Shown here piece after piece: positions 1 through 7,904 of a stretch of 32,000 bases of DNA. This DNA is from Chlamydiota bacterium (lineage in GTDB: Bacteria > Auribacterota > JACPWU01). Every line of letters starts with the position of its first letter. Within the stretch, counting starts at the first letter, position 1. The notes below the pieces were generated by a model that saw nothing but the letters and a program-made list of their open reading frames with translations, was not told the DNA's origin and ran no database searches. Made by a program: the position numbers and the translations under genes. The stretch covers positions 1 to 32,000 of the forward strand of contig JACPWU010000021.1 in assembly GCA_016196885.1 (NCBI GenBank), given 5' to 3'.

Positions 1-76
1 GCTCCCTGTGCGGTCGCGGCTCGCCTGATCATGGTCGGGCCTCCCTTCGAGTCCCAGTCGCCTCTAGGAAATAACA

Positions 77-386
77 TGGGGCGCCTGGGACTCGAACCCA
101 GCACCCACAGCTTAAACATGGTGTTAGCTGCATGTCGCCATGCAGATCAGACTATCCCATCATCCCGCTGAAGCGGGATGTCCCGATTATAGTCGTTGAA
201 CCTTTCCGCCAACGATCTGTGGCGGACTTGGCTGCGGATTGTCTGCACCCTCGGCTTGTTACCCGGTCTATTGGGTACCTCGGGATACACCAGATTTCCC
301 CGCAAGTTACGGGATTTTCAGCTATCAGTCGCCTGATAGTGGCCCTTCGATTAAGGCTGTTGCTCTACCTGATGAGCTAGCGGCTC
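77..386 (-). tRNA. tRNA-Lys(UUU)-like gene split by a group I intron in the anticodon loop (exon 1 = 386..354, exon 2 = 116..77)
   Basis: Minus strand reads GAGCCGC-UA-GCUC-AUCAGGUA-GAGC-A-ACAGC-CU | 237-nt insert | UUUAA-GCUGU-GGGUG-CUGGG-UUCGAGU-CCCAG-GCGCCCC-A. The D arm (GG in loop), T arm (UUCGAGU loop) and 5-bp anticodon stem ACAGC/GCUGU are canonical. The ligated loop CUUUUAA gives anticodon UUU. No CCA is encoded. Caveat: the acceptor stem pairs at only 5 of 7 positions. Confidence 0.7.
117..353 (-). ncRNA. Group I self-splicing intron (237 nt, no ORF)
   Basis: All read on the minus strand. P1: exon GCCU pairs with internal guide GGGC, giving a U.G wobble at the splice site. P2: CUAUCAG-GCGA-CUGAUAG with a GNRA loop. 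P4/Q-type element: UUGCGGGGAAA ... CCGCAGCCAAGUCC. P6: CCGCC...GGCGG. P7/P3 R-type element: GGUUCAACGACUAUAAUCGGGA. P8: CAUCCCGC-UUCA-GCGGGAUG. S-type element: GGGAUAGUC. P9: CUGCAUG-GCGA-CAUGCAG. The terminal residue is G (omega-G, plus-strand position 117). The R/S/Q elements resemble the Tetrahymena and Azoarcus cores as I remember them. Confidence 0.85.
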
Positions 387-400
387 TTTAAAACAAGGCT

Positions 401-490
401 CAAAAGTTCAAAGGTTCAAAGGTTCAAAGGAAAAAAAATCCGAACTGCATCAACCTTTGAACTTTTGAACCTTTAAACCTTTGAACCTTT
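401..490. repeat. Periodic-arm hairpin A (8-nt unit) between frr and the intron-containing tRNA
   Basis: Left arm 401-430 reads caaaagttc/aaaggttc/aaaggttc/aaagg. Right arm 453-490 reads cctttgaa/cttttgaa/cctttaaa/cctttgaa/ccttt and is its complement. The loop is A-rich and contains AAAATCC (435-441). Confidence 0.85.
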
Positions 491-492
491 TT

Positions 493-1053
493 CTAAACTT
501 GTGCAAGTTCTTTTTCTTTATGTACTAAAATCTCATCTATTTTCTTAATAAAATCATCCGTCTTGACCTGAACCTCTTTTTCAATGCGAAAGAGATCGTC
601 TTCGGTAATTTTGCCCTCTTTCTGACCCTTCTTCACGAGTTCGTTCATTTCACGCCGGGTGTTTCTTAAATTGACACGGGCTTCCTCCGCCATGTTTTTC
701 ACCACCTTTTTAAGCTCGTTGCGGCGCTGCTCGCTCAACTCAGGCACTTGAATGCGAATGATTTTGCCTTCCAATCTAGGCACAAGACCTGATTCGTTTT
801 TGTTCAAGGCCTTCATCATTTCTTCAATGGCCGTCACATCCCAAGGCTGAATCACAAGGGTCCGATGCTCCGGAACGGTGATCCCAGCCAGTTCTTTCAA
901 TTTGGTGGGCGTTCCATAATAAGAAACCAGAATATTTTCAACCAAGGCAGGTGTCGCCCGTCCTGTACGCACCCCCGCCAACTCGACTTGAAAAAATTCA
1001 ATGGTTTTACCCATTTTATCTTTGATCTCTTTCAATACTTTTTCTTCTACCAT
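493..1053 (-). CDS. frr: Ribosome recycling factor
   Basis: 186 aa, typical RRF length and sequence (ELAGVRTGRATPALVENI, LSEQRRNELKK). ATG is preceded by GGGAGGG. It sits in the conserved rpsB-tsf-pyrH-frr order. Confidence 0.95.
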   Translation of the reverse strand: MVEEKVLKEIKDKMGKTIEFFQVELAGVRTGRATPALVENILVSYYGTPTKLKELAGITVPEHRTLVIQPWDVTAIEEMMKALNKNESGLVPRLEGKIIRIQVPELSEQRRNELKKVVKNMAEEARVNLRNTRREMNELVKKGQKEGKITEDDLFRIEKEVQVKTDDFIKKIDEILVHKEKELAQV

Positions 1054-1057
1054 AAAG

Positions 1058-1783
1058 TTATCCCTCCCGCACCAGGGTTCCTATTTGTTCTCCTAAAATG
1101 ACCTGCCTAAAATTAGTCGGACTCCACATATTGAACACAATAATAGGAATGTTGTTTTCCATGCACAAAGAAATGGCCGTCGCATCCATCACCTTCAGCC
1201 GCTTGTTCAACACCTCAATGTATTTTAATTCTTCATATTTAACCGCCTTGGGGTCTAAACGAGGATCCGCAGAATAGACGCCGTCCACCTTGGTGGCTTT
1301 TAAAATCACCTGGGCATTCATTTCACTGGCCCGAAGAGCGGCTGTGGTGTCTGTTGAGAAATAAGGATTGCCAGTCCCTCCGGCAAAAATGACCACCCTT
1401 CCTTTTTCCAAATGGCGCATGGCCCGTCTTCGAATGTAAGGCTCGGCAATTTTTGCCATTTCAACGGACGTTTGCAAGCGAGTTGTGACACCGCTTTTTT
1501 CAAGGGCATCTTGAAGAGCCATGCCATTGATCACGGTGGCAAGCATCCCCATGTAATCCGCCGTGGTTCGATCAATCCCGCTCGCACTTTCGCTCATTCC
1601 GCGAAAAATATTACCCCCTCCAATCACAATCGCAAGCTGAACACCCAGTTCTTTCACCTCTTTAACTTGCTGGGCAATGGTCAGAACGGCTTTGGGATCC
1701 ACACCATAGGACTTATCTCCCATAAGGGTTTCACCGCTGAGTTTTAAGATGACGCGATGGTATTTGGGAGTTGGCTTAGACAT
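1058..1783 (-). CDS. pyrH: UMP kinase
   Basis: 241 aa with amino-acid-kinase fold motifs ([36 protein letters not shown]). Located between tsf and frr. Confidence 0.95.
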   Translation of the reverse strand: MSKPTPKYHRVILKLSGETLMGDKSYGVDPKAVLTIAQQVKEVKELGVQLAIVIGGGNIFRGMSESASGIDRTTADYMGMLATVINGMALQDALEKSGVTTRLQTSVEMAKIAEPYIRRRAMRHLEKGRVVIFAGGTGNPYFSTDTTAALRASEMNAQVILKATKVDGVYSADPRLDPKAVKYEELKYIEVLNKRLKVMDATAISLCMENNIPIIVFNMWSPTNFRQVILGEQIGTLVREG

Positions 1784-1871
1784 ACGACGAAACCGAGTGA
1801 CAAACGACCTGGCTGCGCCTCAACCCAATGTCGAGACAGCGAACAACGAAAAACTGTTCAAAGACTGTTTT

Positions 1872-2471
1872 CTAAAGACTTTCACCAAGTTGATATCGAA
1901 TGAATCGGCGAAGGACCATGTTCTCACCCACTTCAGCAATTTTTGATTGAATCAATTGCTTGATGCAAATCGATGGGTCCTTAATAAAGGGCTGATCCAA
2001 GAGGCAAACCTCTTGATAGTGTTTTCCTAATTTTCCCTCCAAGATTTTCTCCAGAGCCTCAGGACTTTTACCCGAAAACTCCGCGCGAGCTTCTTTCTTC
2101 CAACCTTCTACCTTCTCGAGAGGGATCTCGTCCCTGGAAACATATAAAGGCGCCGGATGAGCGCCTGCAATTTGCAAAGCAACGTCTTTCGCCAATTCTT
2201 GAAAACCTTTGTTTCTCGCCACGAAATCCGTTTCGCAATTGAGTTCCAGGAGGACACCGATTTTTCCTCCCATGTGAATGTAAGAAAAAATGACGCCTTC
2301 CGTGGTGGCCCTTTGAGCCTTTTTCTGAGCGATGGCCGCTCCTTGACTTTTCAAAATCTCAATGGCGCCTGACAAATCACCTTTTGACTGGGCGAGGGCC
2401 TTTTTACAATCCATCACCCCTGCATTGGTTTTCTCGCGAAGCTCTTTGACCAAATCACTTGTGATCTGCAT
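1872..2471 (-). CDS. tsf: Elongation factor Ts (short form)
   Basis: 199 aa. The N-terminal UBA-like signature LVKELREKTNAGVMDCKKAL is present. AGGAG lies upstream of the ATG, and the gene directly follows rpsB. Confidence 0.93.
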   Translation of the reverse strand: MQITSDLVKELREKTNAGVMDCKKALAQSKGDLSGAIEILKSQGAAIAQKKAQRATTEGVIFSYIHMGGKIGVLLELNCETDFVARNKGFQELAKDVALQIAGAHPAPLYVSRDEIPLEKVEGWKKEARAEFSGKSPEALEKILEGKLGKHYQEVCLLDQPFIKDPSICIKQLIQSKIAEVGENMVLRRFIRYQLGESL

Positions 2472-2476
2472 GAAAC

Positions 2477-3235
2477 CTACTCCTGTGCTGTCAATTCTTC
2501 TTGCTCTTCTGGGACGACGCTCTGAGGCTCTCCCCCGGAACGATCTTTCGAAAGGCCCTTGGCCTCCAGAATGGCTTCTTCGACTTTTCCCACAATCAAG
2601 GAAATGGTTCGAATCGCATCATCATTGCAGGCGATGGGGTAGCTCACGGGATCCGGATCACAATTGGTGTCAATCAAAGCAATAATCGGAATCCCCAAAC
2701 GGCGAGCCTCTTCAACCGCAATCTTCTCACGACTGGGATCAATCACAAAAAGCACCCCGGGCTTGCGATCCATCTTTTGAATGCCGCCCAAATTCTTCTT
2801 CAAACGGGCCAGTTCACGTGTGAGGCTGGCCGCTTCTTTCTTCGACAAGCGGTCCATGACGCCATCCGTTTTAAGTTTTTCAATCTCTTCCAAACGGCTT
2901 ACACTTTTGCGGATGGTTTCCAGATTCGTCAAGGTTCCGCCCAACCAGCGCTCCGTGACCCAGAAAACTCCACAATTTTGGGCCATGGTTTTGACAATCT
3001 CTTTGGCCTGTTTCTTGGTCCCCACCACCAAAATGGATTCCTTCTGGAGAACACAATTTGCTAGAAAATCGCAGGCCACCTTGAGTTGATTCACTGTCTT
3101 TTGTAGATCAATGATGTGAATCCCATTGCGCTTCTCAAAAATAAAACGCTTCATCTTGGGATTCCAGCGACTGGACTGATGCCCAAAATGGGCCCCTGCT
3201 TCTAAAAGCTCTTTGACACTGACTTGAACAGACAA
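2477..3235 (-). CDS. rpsB: 30S ribosomal protein S2
   Basis: Carries the S2 signature LLEAGAHFGHQSSRWNPKM. I place the start at TTG 3235 because AAGGAGG lies 5 nt upstream. The ORF-track start at 3265 is also TTG but has no Shine-Dalgarno sequence. Confidence 0.93.
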   Translation of the reverse strand: MSVQVSVKELLEAGAHFGHQSSRWNPKMKRFIFEKRNGIHIIDLQKTVNQLKVACDFLANCVLQKESILVVGTKKQAKEIVKTMAQNCGVFWVTERWLGGTLTNLETIRKSVSRLEEIEKLKTDGVMDRLSKKEAASLTRELARLKKNLGGIQKMDRKPGVLFVIDPSREKIAVEEARRLGIPIIALIDTNCDPDPVSYPIACNDDAIRTISLIVGKVEEAILEAKGLSKDRSGGEPQSVVPEEQEELTAQE

Positions 3236-3264
3236 ACGATCCTCCTTTTGTTTCAAACAACTCA

Positions 3265-3345
3265 AAAATCCGAAACTTTCTGATTCTTTGAATATTTGAA
3301 TTTAGAATTTGTTTCGTGCTTCGGATTTCGTGCTTATTTTTAATT
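3265..3345. repeat. Periodic-arm hairpin B in the rpsB leader
   Basis: AAAATCCGAAAC (3265-3276) can pair with gtttcg..cggattt (3311-3328). The region has a 7-nt stutter (tctgatt/ctttgaa/tatttga/atttaga and tttcgtg/cttcgga/tttcgtg/cttattt). It is AT-rich, so the stem is weaker than in the other hairpins. Confidence 0.55.
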
Positions 3346-3369
3346 TTGTTCTTTCCCAAAAGCCTGACT

Positions 3370-3397
3370 ACTATACCACAGCGCATTTCAAATGCAA
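3370..3397 (-). promoter_or_regulatory. Candidate sigma-70 promoter of the rpsB-tsf-pyrH-frr operon
   Basis: Minus strand reads TTGCAT (3397-3392), a 16-nt spacer ending in TGg (extended -10), then TATAGT (3375-3370). This predicts a leader of about 125 nt that contains hairpin B. Confidence 0.5.
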
Positions 3398-3419
3398 GGC
3401 GAAAAGAGCACTTTCCAAT

Positions 3420-4091
3420 TTAATGCATCGCAGCCTTTTCATTGACCTTTTCTAAAGCAGCCTGAAGCTCTATCCTCTTCATCTCTAAATAGTTAGAATC
3501 TTTCAGATGTTCCACTTGAACAGCCTCTCCCATCACCAAACGCGCCCGATTGTAGGGACGAGGGATTTTGAAACGGTCCCAGGTTTCCAAAACTTTTACA
3601 TGTTCACAATCATAGGCGACTGGGAGAATGGGACAATGGCTTGCCGAGGCCAAGGCCACCACGCCCATTTGGACGTAACCTTTCGGGCCGCGCGGGCCAT
3701 CCGGCGTCACGGCCAAATCAAAACCCTGATCTATGTAACGCTTCAAACGTAACAGCGCTGGATATCCTCCCCTGGAAGAGGAACCCCGTACCACTTCAAA
3801 CCCAATTTCCTCAACAAAATCACTGACGATTTGACCATCCCGACTCAGGCTAGCCAAGACGCATATTTTTTTGTGCCGGGCCAAAGATAAGTAGCAAAAA
3901 GGCATGAGCATGAGTTGACAATGCCAAAATGCAAAGAGAATGGGACGCCCTCGTGATCGAGCTAAAAAATAATTTTCATCTCCCTCTATTTCCCAAGGGG
4001 TGGTGTGGCCGACCCAACCCATGTAGCCCAGACCCATGCGAATCAGAAGGGTCCGTAGAGGAGGTGATTTAAGAAGCAAATTGAACTTCAT
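3420..4091 (-). CDS. DUF374-family protein (lysophospholipid-acyltransferase-like, LPS-cluster associated)
   Basis: 223 aa with motifs FAFWHCQLMLMP, SRDGQIVS, VRGSSSRGG and AVTPDGPRGP, which are typical of DUF374. It overlaps the msbA 3' end by 23 nt. Confidence 0.75.
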   Translation of the reverse strand: MKFNLLLKSPPLRTLLIRMGLGYMGWVGHTTPWEIEGDENYFLARSRGRPILFAFWHCQLMLMPFCYLSLARHKKICVLASLSRDGQIVSDFVEEIGFEVVRGSSSRGGYPALLRLKRYIDQGFDLAVTPDGPRGPKGYVQMGVVALASASHCPILPVAYDCEHVKVLETWDRFKIPRPYNRARLVMGEAVQVEHLKDSNYLEMKRIELQAALEKVNEKAAMH

Positions 4092-5772
4092 ACAATTTCC
4101 GATACAAGCCTTCTTTTTGAATCAGCTCATCATGCGTCCCCGTTTGAATCATCCGGCCCTGATTCAAAACCAATATTTGATGCGCGTTTCGAACCGTGGA
4201 CAAACGATGCGCAATCACGAGCACCGTGCGGCCCTCCATAAGCCTTGTTAAGGCCTCCTGAACGGACCTTTCCGACTGAGAATCTAAAGATGAAGTAGCC
4301 TCGTCCAAAATAAGAAGCCTGGGATTTTTCAAAATGGCCCGGGCAATTGCAAGCCGTTGTCTTTCTCCCCCCGAAAGCTTCACACCTCTTTCCCCCACCA
4401 AGGTGTCATACCTTTCAGGAAGCGCCATGATAAAATCGTGGGCATTGGCCGCTTGAGCTGCTTCTATGAGTTCACTAGAATTCATTTCGACACGACCATA
4501 AGCGATGTTGGCACGAACGGTGTCATTGAATAAAATGACCTCTTGAGTGACCAGGCCCATTAAACCTCTTAAAGATTTAAGCGCGATCGAACGAATGTCT
4601 TTTCCATCTATTTTAATTTCTCCCTGCTGGGGATCGTAGAAACGGGCAATCAAATTGGCCATGGTGGATTTTCCAGAACCACTGGGCCCGACCAGCGCCG
4701 TGATTTCTCCCGCCTTCATCTCAAAATGAATGTCTCTGAGAACCCAATCTTCTTCATATCGAAAAGCCAAATTTGAAAAGCGAATCCCTTCACGAATATC
4801 ACTCAGTTCAAAAGCACCCTTCTTGTCTCTAACCGCAGGGACTTCATCCAGAATTTCAAAAACTCTGACGCCCGCTGCATTGGCTTGTTGAACAAGGCTA
4901 TTGACCTTTCCTATTTTTTTGAAAGGTTCATAAATCAAATAAAGCGCTGTCATGAAAGAAAGAAATGTATCTAGACTCAAATGCCTGGCTCCATACCAAA
5001 AGCAAAAAGCTGCTCCGCAAGAAGCCACCACTTCAATGACGGGTCGGGTAAGCTCTGCCGCACGCACGGCATCCATCATGGATTTAAAGAAACGACGATT
5101 CTCTTGAGAAAACCGATTGATTTCATACTCTTCCATTGAAAAAGCCTTCACCACACGAATCCCACTGATCGTCTCATGTAAAATAGATGTTAAATCTCCG
5201 ACCTGCGTTTGGGCTTGGCGAGTTGCCTTTCGAACCCTTTTCCCGAATTTAACAATTGGATAAACGGCCAGGGGAAAAATAAACAAAGACATGCTCGCCA
5301 AAAAAGGGTCGAAATAAAAAAGGGTCCCCAAGAGTCCTAAAAGGCTTAAGGGTTCTTTCACCATATCTGTAATAGCGTTTGAAATCCCATACTGAATCAC
5401 AGACACATCATTGGTAACACGAGAAATGAGATGACCTGTTTTTCGATGCGAAAAAAAATCAAGCGACAAATCATGAAGATGACGGTACAAACGATCTCGA
5501 ATATCCGAAACAGCCTTTAGCCCCACCCAATTCATGTAATAGGCCTGCCCAAAATCTGAAAGTCCTCTCATCAAGAAAACAAGCAAGATCAAGCCTGGAA
5601 CCATAAAAAACATCGAGGGGCTCTTGCTTACAAAAGCCACTCTCAAAACAAATTTCAAAACCCACACAACCGCTGTATTAAAAATAGAAAAAAGGATCAT
5701 GCACAAAAAGGCCGTCGCTAAGCGAGGCCAATAGGGTTTTACAAATTGCAAAAGTCGTCTATACGTTGTCAC
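4069..5772 (-). CDS. msbA: ABC transporter permease/ATPase, MsbA-like lipid A exporter
   Basis: 567 aa. It has an N-terminal six-TM domain, Walker A GPSGSGKST, signature LSGGERQRLAIARA and Walker B LLILDEATSSLD. The GTG start overlaps the lpxB stop (GTGA). Confidence 0.82.
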   Translation of the reverse strand: MTTYRRLLQFVKPYWPRLATAFLCMILFSIFNTAVVWVLKFVLRVAFVSKSPSMFFMVPGLILLVFLMRGLSDFGQAYYMNWVGLKAVSDIRDRLYRHLHDLSLDFFSHRKTGHLISRVTNDVSVIQYGISNAITDMVKEPLSLLGLLGTLFYFDPFLASMSLFIFPLAVYPIVKFGKRVRKATRQAQTQVGDLTSILHETISGIRVVKAFSMEEYEINRFSQENRRFFKSMMDAVRAAELTRPVIEVVASCGAAFCFWYGARHLSLDTFLSFMTALYLIYEPFKKIGKVNSLVQQANAAGVRVFEILDEVPAVRDKKGAFELSDIREGIRFSNLAFRYEEDWVLRDIHFEMKAGEITALVGPSGSGKSTMANLIARFYDPQQGEIKIDGKDIRSIALKSLRGLMGLVTQEVILFNDTVRANIAYGRVEMNSSELIEAAQAANAHDFIMALPERYDTLVGERGVKLSGGERQRLAIARAILKNPRLLILDEATSSLDSQSERSVQEALTRLMEGRTVLVIAHRLSTVRNAHQILVLNQGRMIQTGTHDELIQKEGLYRKLYEVQFAS

Positions 5773-6899
5773 TCATTCACCCTTTTTAAAATAATCTCTG
5801 CAGCCCTCGCACTTGCCCCAGGCTCACCCAATTTCTGAAGAACTTCTCGCAAGGCTTGCCGAGTTTCATTCAAAACCTTTTCATTCGAAAGAAAATCCTT
5901 TGTCATTTGAGCCAAATGTTCGGATTTAAAATCCTCCTGCAAAAGCTCTGGAACAATTTTTTGGGCGGCCACCAGATTCACGAGTCCCACAAAAGGGACT
6001 TGAATCAAACGACGAATTAAAAAAGCCGTTATCCGCGAAACCCGGTAAAACACAATCATGGGAACACCGCAGTAGGCCGTTTCCAAGGTTGCAGTCCCAG
6101 AACAGACCCACGCAAATTGAGAAGCGAGAAGACATTCTCTCATACGGCCTCGATAAAGATGCATAAAATCCTCACCCTTCGTGCTTCGACGAATTTCCTC
6201 ATAAAGGTAATCCGTCGCACAAGGAACAAGAAAACATATTTTGGGAAACTCGCGCCTCATTTGGCGGGCCGCCTCTAGGAGCACGTCCCAATGACGATGA
6301 ACTTCGTTCACGCGGCTGCCGGGCAAAATAGAAATTCTAGGATAAAATTTTTCTAGCTCCTTTGACATCCCTGAGGATGTTTGTTTTTCCCCTTCATCCA
6401 CCAGCGGATGACCGACAAAATCAACCGCCATGTTGTTTCGCTCATAAAAATCTTTTTCAAAAGGTAAAATCACCAACATGCGGTCTATGATTTTCTTCAT
6501 GAGCCCTAAACGCCTCTTTCCCCAAGCCCAAACTTGAGGACTCACATAATAAATGACTCGCACCTTTTTCCGGTGTGCCCTTTTCGCAAATCTCAAATTA
6601 AATCCTGGAAAATCAATCAACACAACTGCATTGGGTTTCCACTCATCGAGCGTCCTTGAAAGTTCTCTAAAAACACGTCTGAACTCGCGATAATGTTTCA
6701 CCACCTCCAAAAGTCCGATCACGGCCCACCGGGTCATGTCCTCCAAAATCTGAACCCCATTCTGACGCATCAAGGACCCACCCACACCCAAGAGTTCGAC
6801 GGAAGGATCTTTTTGAATGAGCGCCTGGGCAAGCTGTGCACCCATTTTATCTCCCGAGGGCTCTCCTGCTAAAATCATGATTCTAGGATTTGAGTTCAT
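5769..6899 (-). CDS. lpxB: Lipid-A-disaccharide synthase
   Basis: 376 aa with the N-terminal ILAGEPSGDKMGAQL motif and a GT-B fold length typical of LpxB. It lies within an lpx cluster. Confidence 0.9.
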   Translation of the reverse strand: MNSNPRIMILAGEPSGDKMGAQLAQALIQKDPSVELLGVGGSLMRQNGVQILEDMTRWAVIGLLEVVKHYREFRRVFRELSRTLDEWKPNAVVLIDFPGFNLRFAKRAHRKKVRVIYYVSPQVWAWGKRRLGLMKKIIDRMLVILPFEKDFYERNNMAVDFVGHPLVDEGEKQTSSGMSKELEKFYPRISILPGSRVNEVHRHWDVLLEAARQMRREFPKICFLVPCATDYLYEEIRRSTKGEDFMHLYRGRMRECLLASQFAWVCSGTATLETAYCGVPMIVFYRVSRITAFLIRRLIQVPFVGLVNLVAAQKIVPELLQEDFKSEHLAQMTKDFLSNEKVLNETRQALREVLQKLGEPGASARAAEIILKRVNE

Positions 6900-6913
6900 G
6901 ATAAAACCAGTGC

Positions 6914-7005
6914 AAAATGAAAAGTGTAAAATTAAAAATAAAGAAAAAAAGGTTTACTGAAATCGTTCTCAATTTTTCATTCTTAATTTTTCATTCTTAA
7001 TTTCT
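6914..7005. repeat. Periodic-arm hairpin C (AT-rich); right arm overlaps the oxidoreductase 3' end
   Basis: Left arm reads aaaatga/aaagtgt/aaaatta/aaaataa. The right arm is a 14-nt duplication, ttcattcttaattt x2 (6969-7005). The arms are only partly complementary. Confidence 0.5.
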
Positions 7006-7904
7006 TTCAACACTTCCATCGCCACCTCTAAAGCCATTTTTCCATGCTCCCCCGACACCAGAGGGTTTTTCGCATGACGCACGCAATCCATAAAAGAAGC
7101 GATCTCCAACTTTAAGGGTTCGGCCTTTTCAAATTTAATATTTTTCCAAGAAATTTTCCCATTTTCCTTGTGATAAATCTTCCCCTCCTGCCTTAAATAA
7201 TCCAAAGAAATGTAGGCGTCCTCTTGAAAAACCCGCACCTTTCTCATGCGCTCCACAGAAACCCGGCTCGTGGTCAAATTGGCAATACAGCCATTTTCAA
7301 ATTCCAATCGGGCATTGGCAATGTCTTCAAAGGCGCTGAGGACGGGAACTCCCACGGCACGAATTTCTCTTAAAGGGGAAGGGGTCAACTGCAAAATCAC
7401 ATCAATGTCATGAATCATCAAATCCAAAACAACCCCCACATCCGTTCCCCGCTCAGGAAAAGGGCTCAGGCGGTGACACTCGATAAAGCGCGGCGAGGTC
7501 AGAATTTTCTGGAGCGCCTGAAAGGCGGGATTGTAACGCTCAATATGCCCTACTTGGAGAATCAGTCCCTTTTGCTGAGCCTTTTGGATCAGTGCCGCTG
7601 CCTGTTCTACCCTTTGGGCAATCGGTTTTTCCACAAGGACATGAATCCCCCGGTCCAAAAGAAATTCTGCCACTTTGAAATGATCCACCGTCGGAACTGC
7701 CACACTCGCCAAATCAATTCCCGAAGGCAACCCTTCCAAACTTTGTAAAGGCTGCGCATGATAGCGATGGCCCCACTTAGAAACCTTCTCCCAATCAAGG
7801 TCCACAAGCGCGACCAATTCAACATCTGAAAGCTCAGAATAAATTCGGGCATGTTCTTTACCCAAATAACCAACCCCTACGACCACCGCTTTAAGTTTTT
7901 GCAT
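6969..7904 (-). CDS. Gfo/Idh/MocA-family NAD(P)-dependent oxidoreductase
   Basis: 311 aa with an N-terminal Rossmann motif VVGVGYLGKEH and the EKP motif (VLVEKPIA) of the family. It is embedded between lpxI and lpxB. Confidence 0.85.
   Translation of the reverse strand: MQKLKAVVVGVGYLGKEHARIYSELSDVELVALVDLDWEKVSKWGHRYHAQPLQSLEGLPSGIDLASVAVPTVDHFKVAEFLLDRGIHVLVEKPIAQRVEQAAALIQKAQQKGLILQVGHIERYNPAFQALQKILTSPRFIECHRLSPFPERGTDVGVVLDLMIHDIDVILQLTPSPLREIRAVGVPVLSAFEDIANARLEFENGCIANLTTSRVSVERMRKVRVFQEDAYISLDYLRQEGKIYHKENGKISWKNIKFEKAEPLKLEIASFMDCVRHAKNPLVSGEHGKMALEVAMEVLKEIKNEKLRMKN

Noticed and set aside
132-380. 82-aa plus-strand ORF covering the intron region, a possible homing endonuclease
   Set aside because: It is antisense to the group I intron and tRNA exons and has no ribosome-binding site. 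Its sequence (Arg/Leu/Ser-rich) has no LAGLIDADG, GIY-YIG or HNH motif. The intron is best read as ORF-less.
1784-1871. 88-nt tsf-pyrH spacer with a weak heptad stutter (gacagc/gaacaac/gaaaaac)
   Set aside because: I found no complementary arm. Only a 6-bp gaaaac/gttttc stem is present. This is too weak to count as a member of the hairpin class.
2501-3064. 187-aa plus-strand ORF, with a sibling at 2781-3089
   Set aside because: It is antisense to the strongly supported rpsB and has no recognisable domain.
3135-3386. 83-aa minus-strand ORF overlapping the rpsB start
   Set aside because: It starts upstream of the predicted transcription start, runs through hairpin B, and is out of frame with rpsB.
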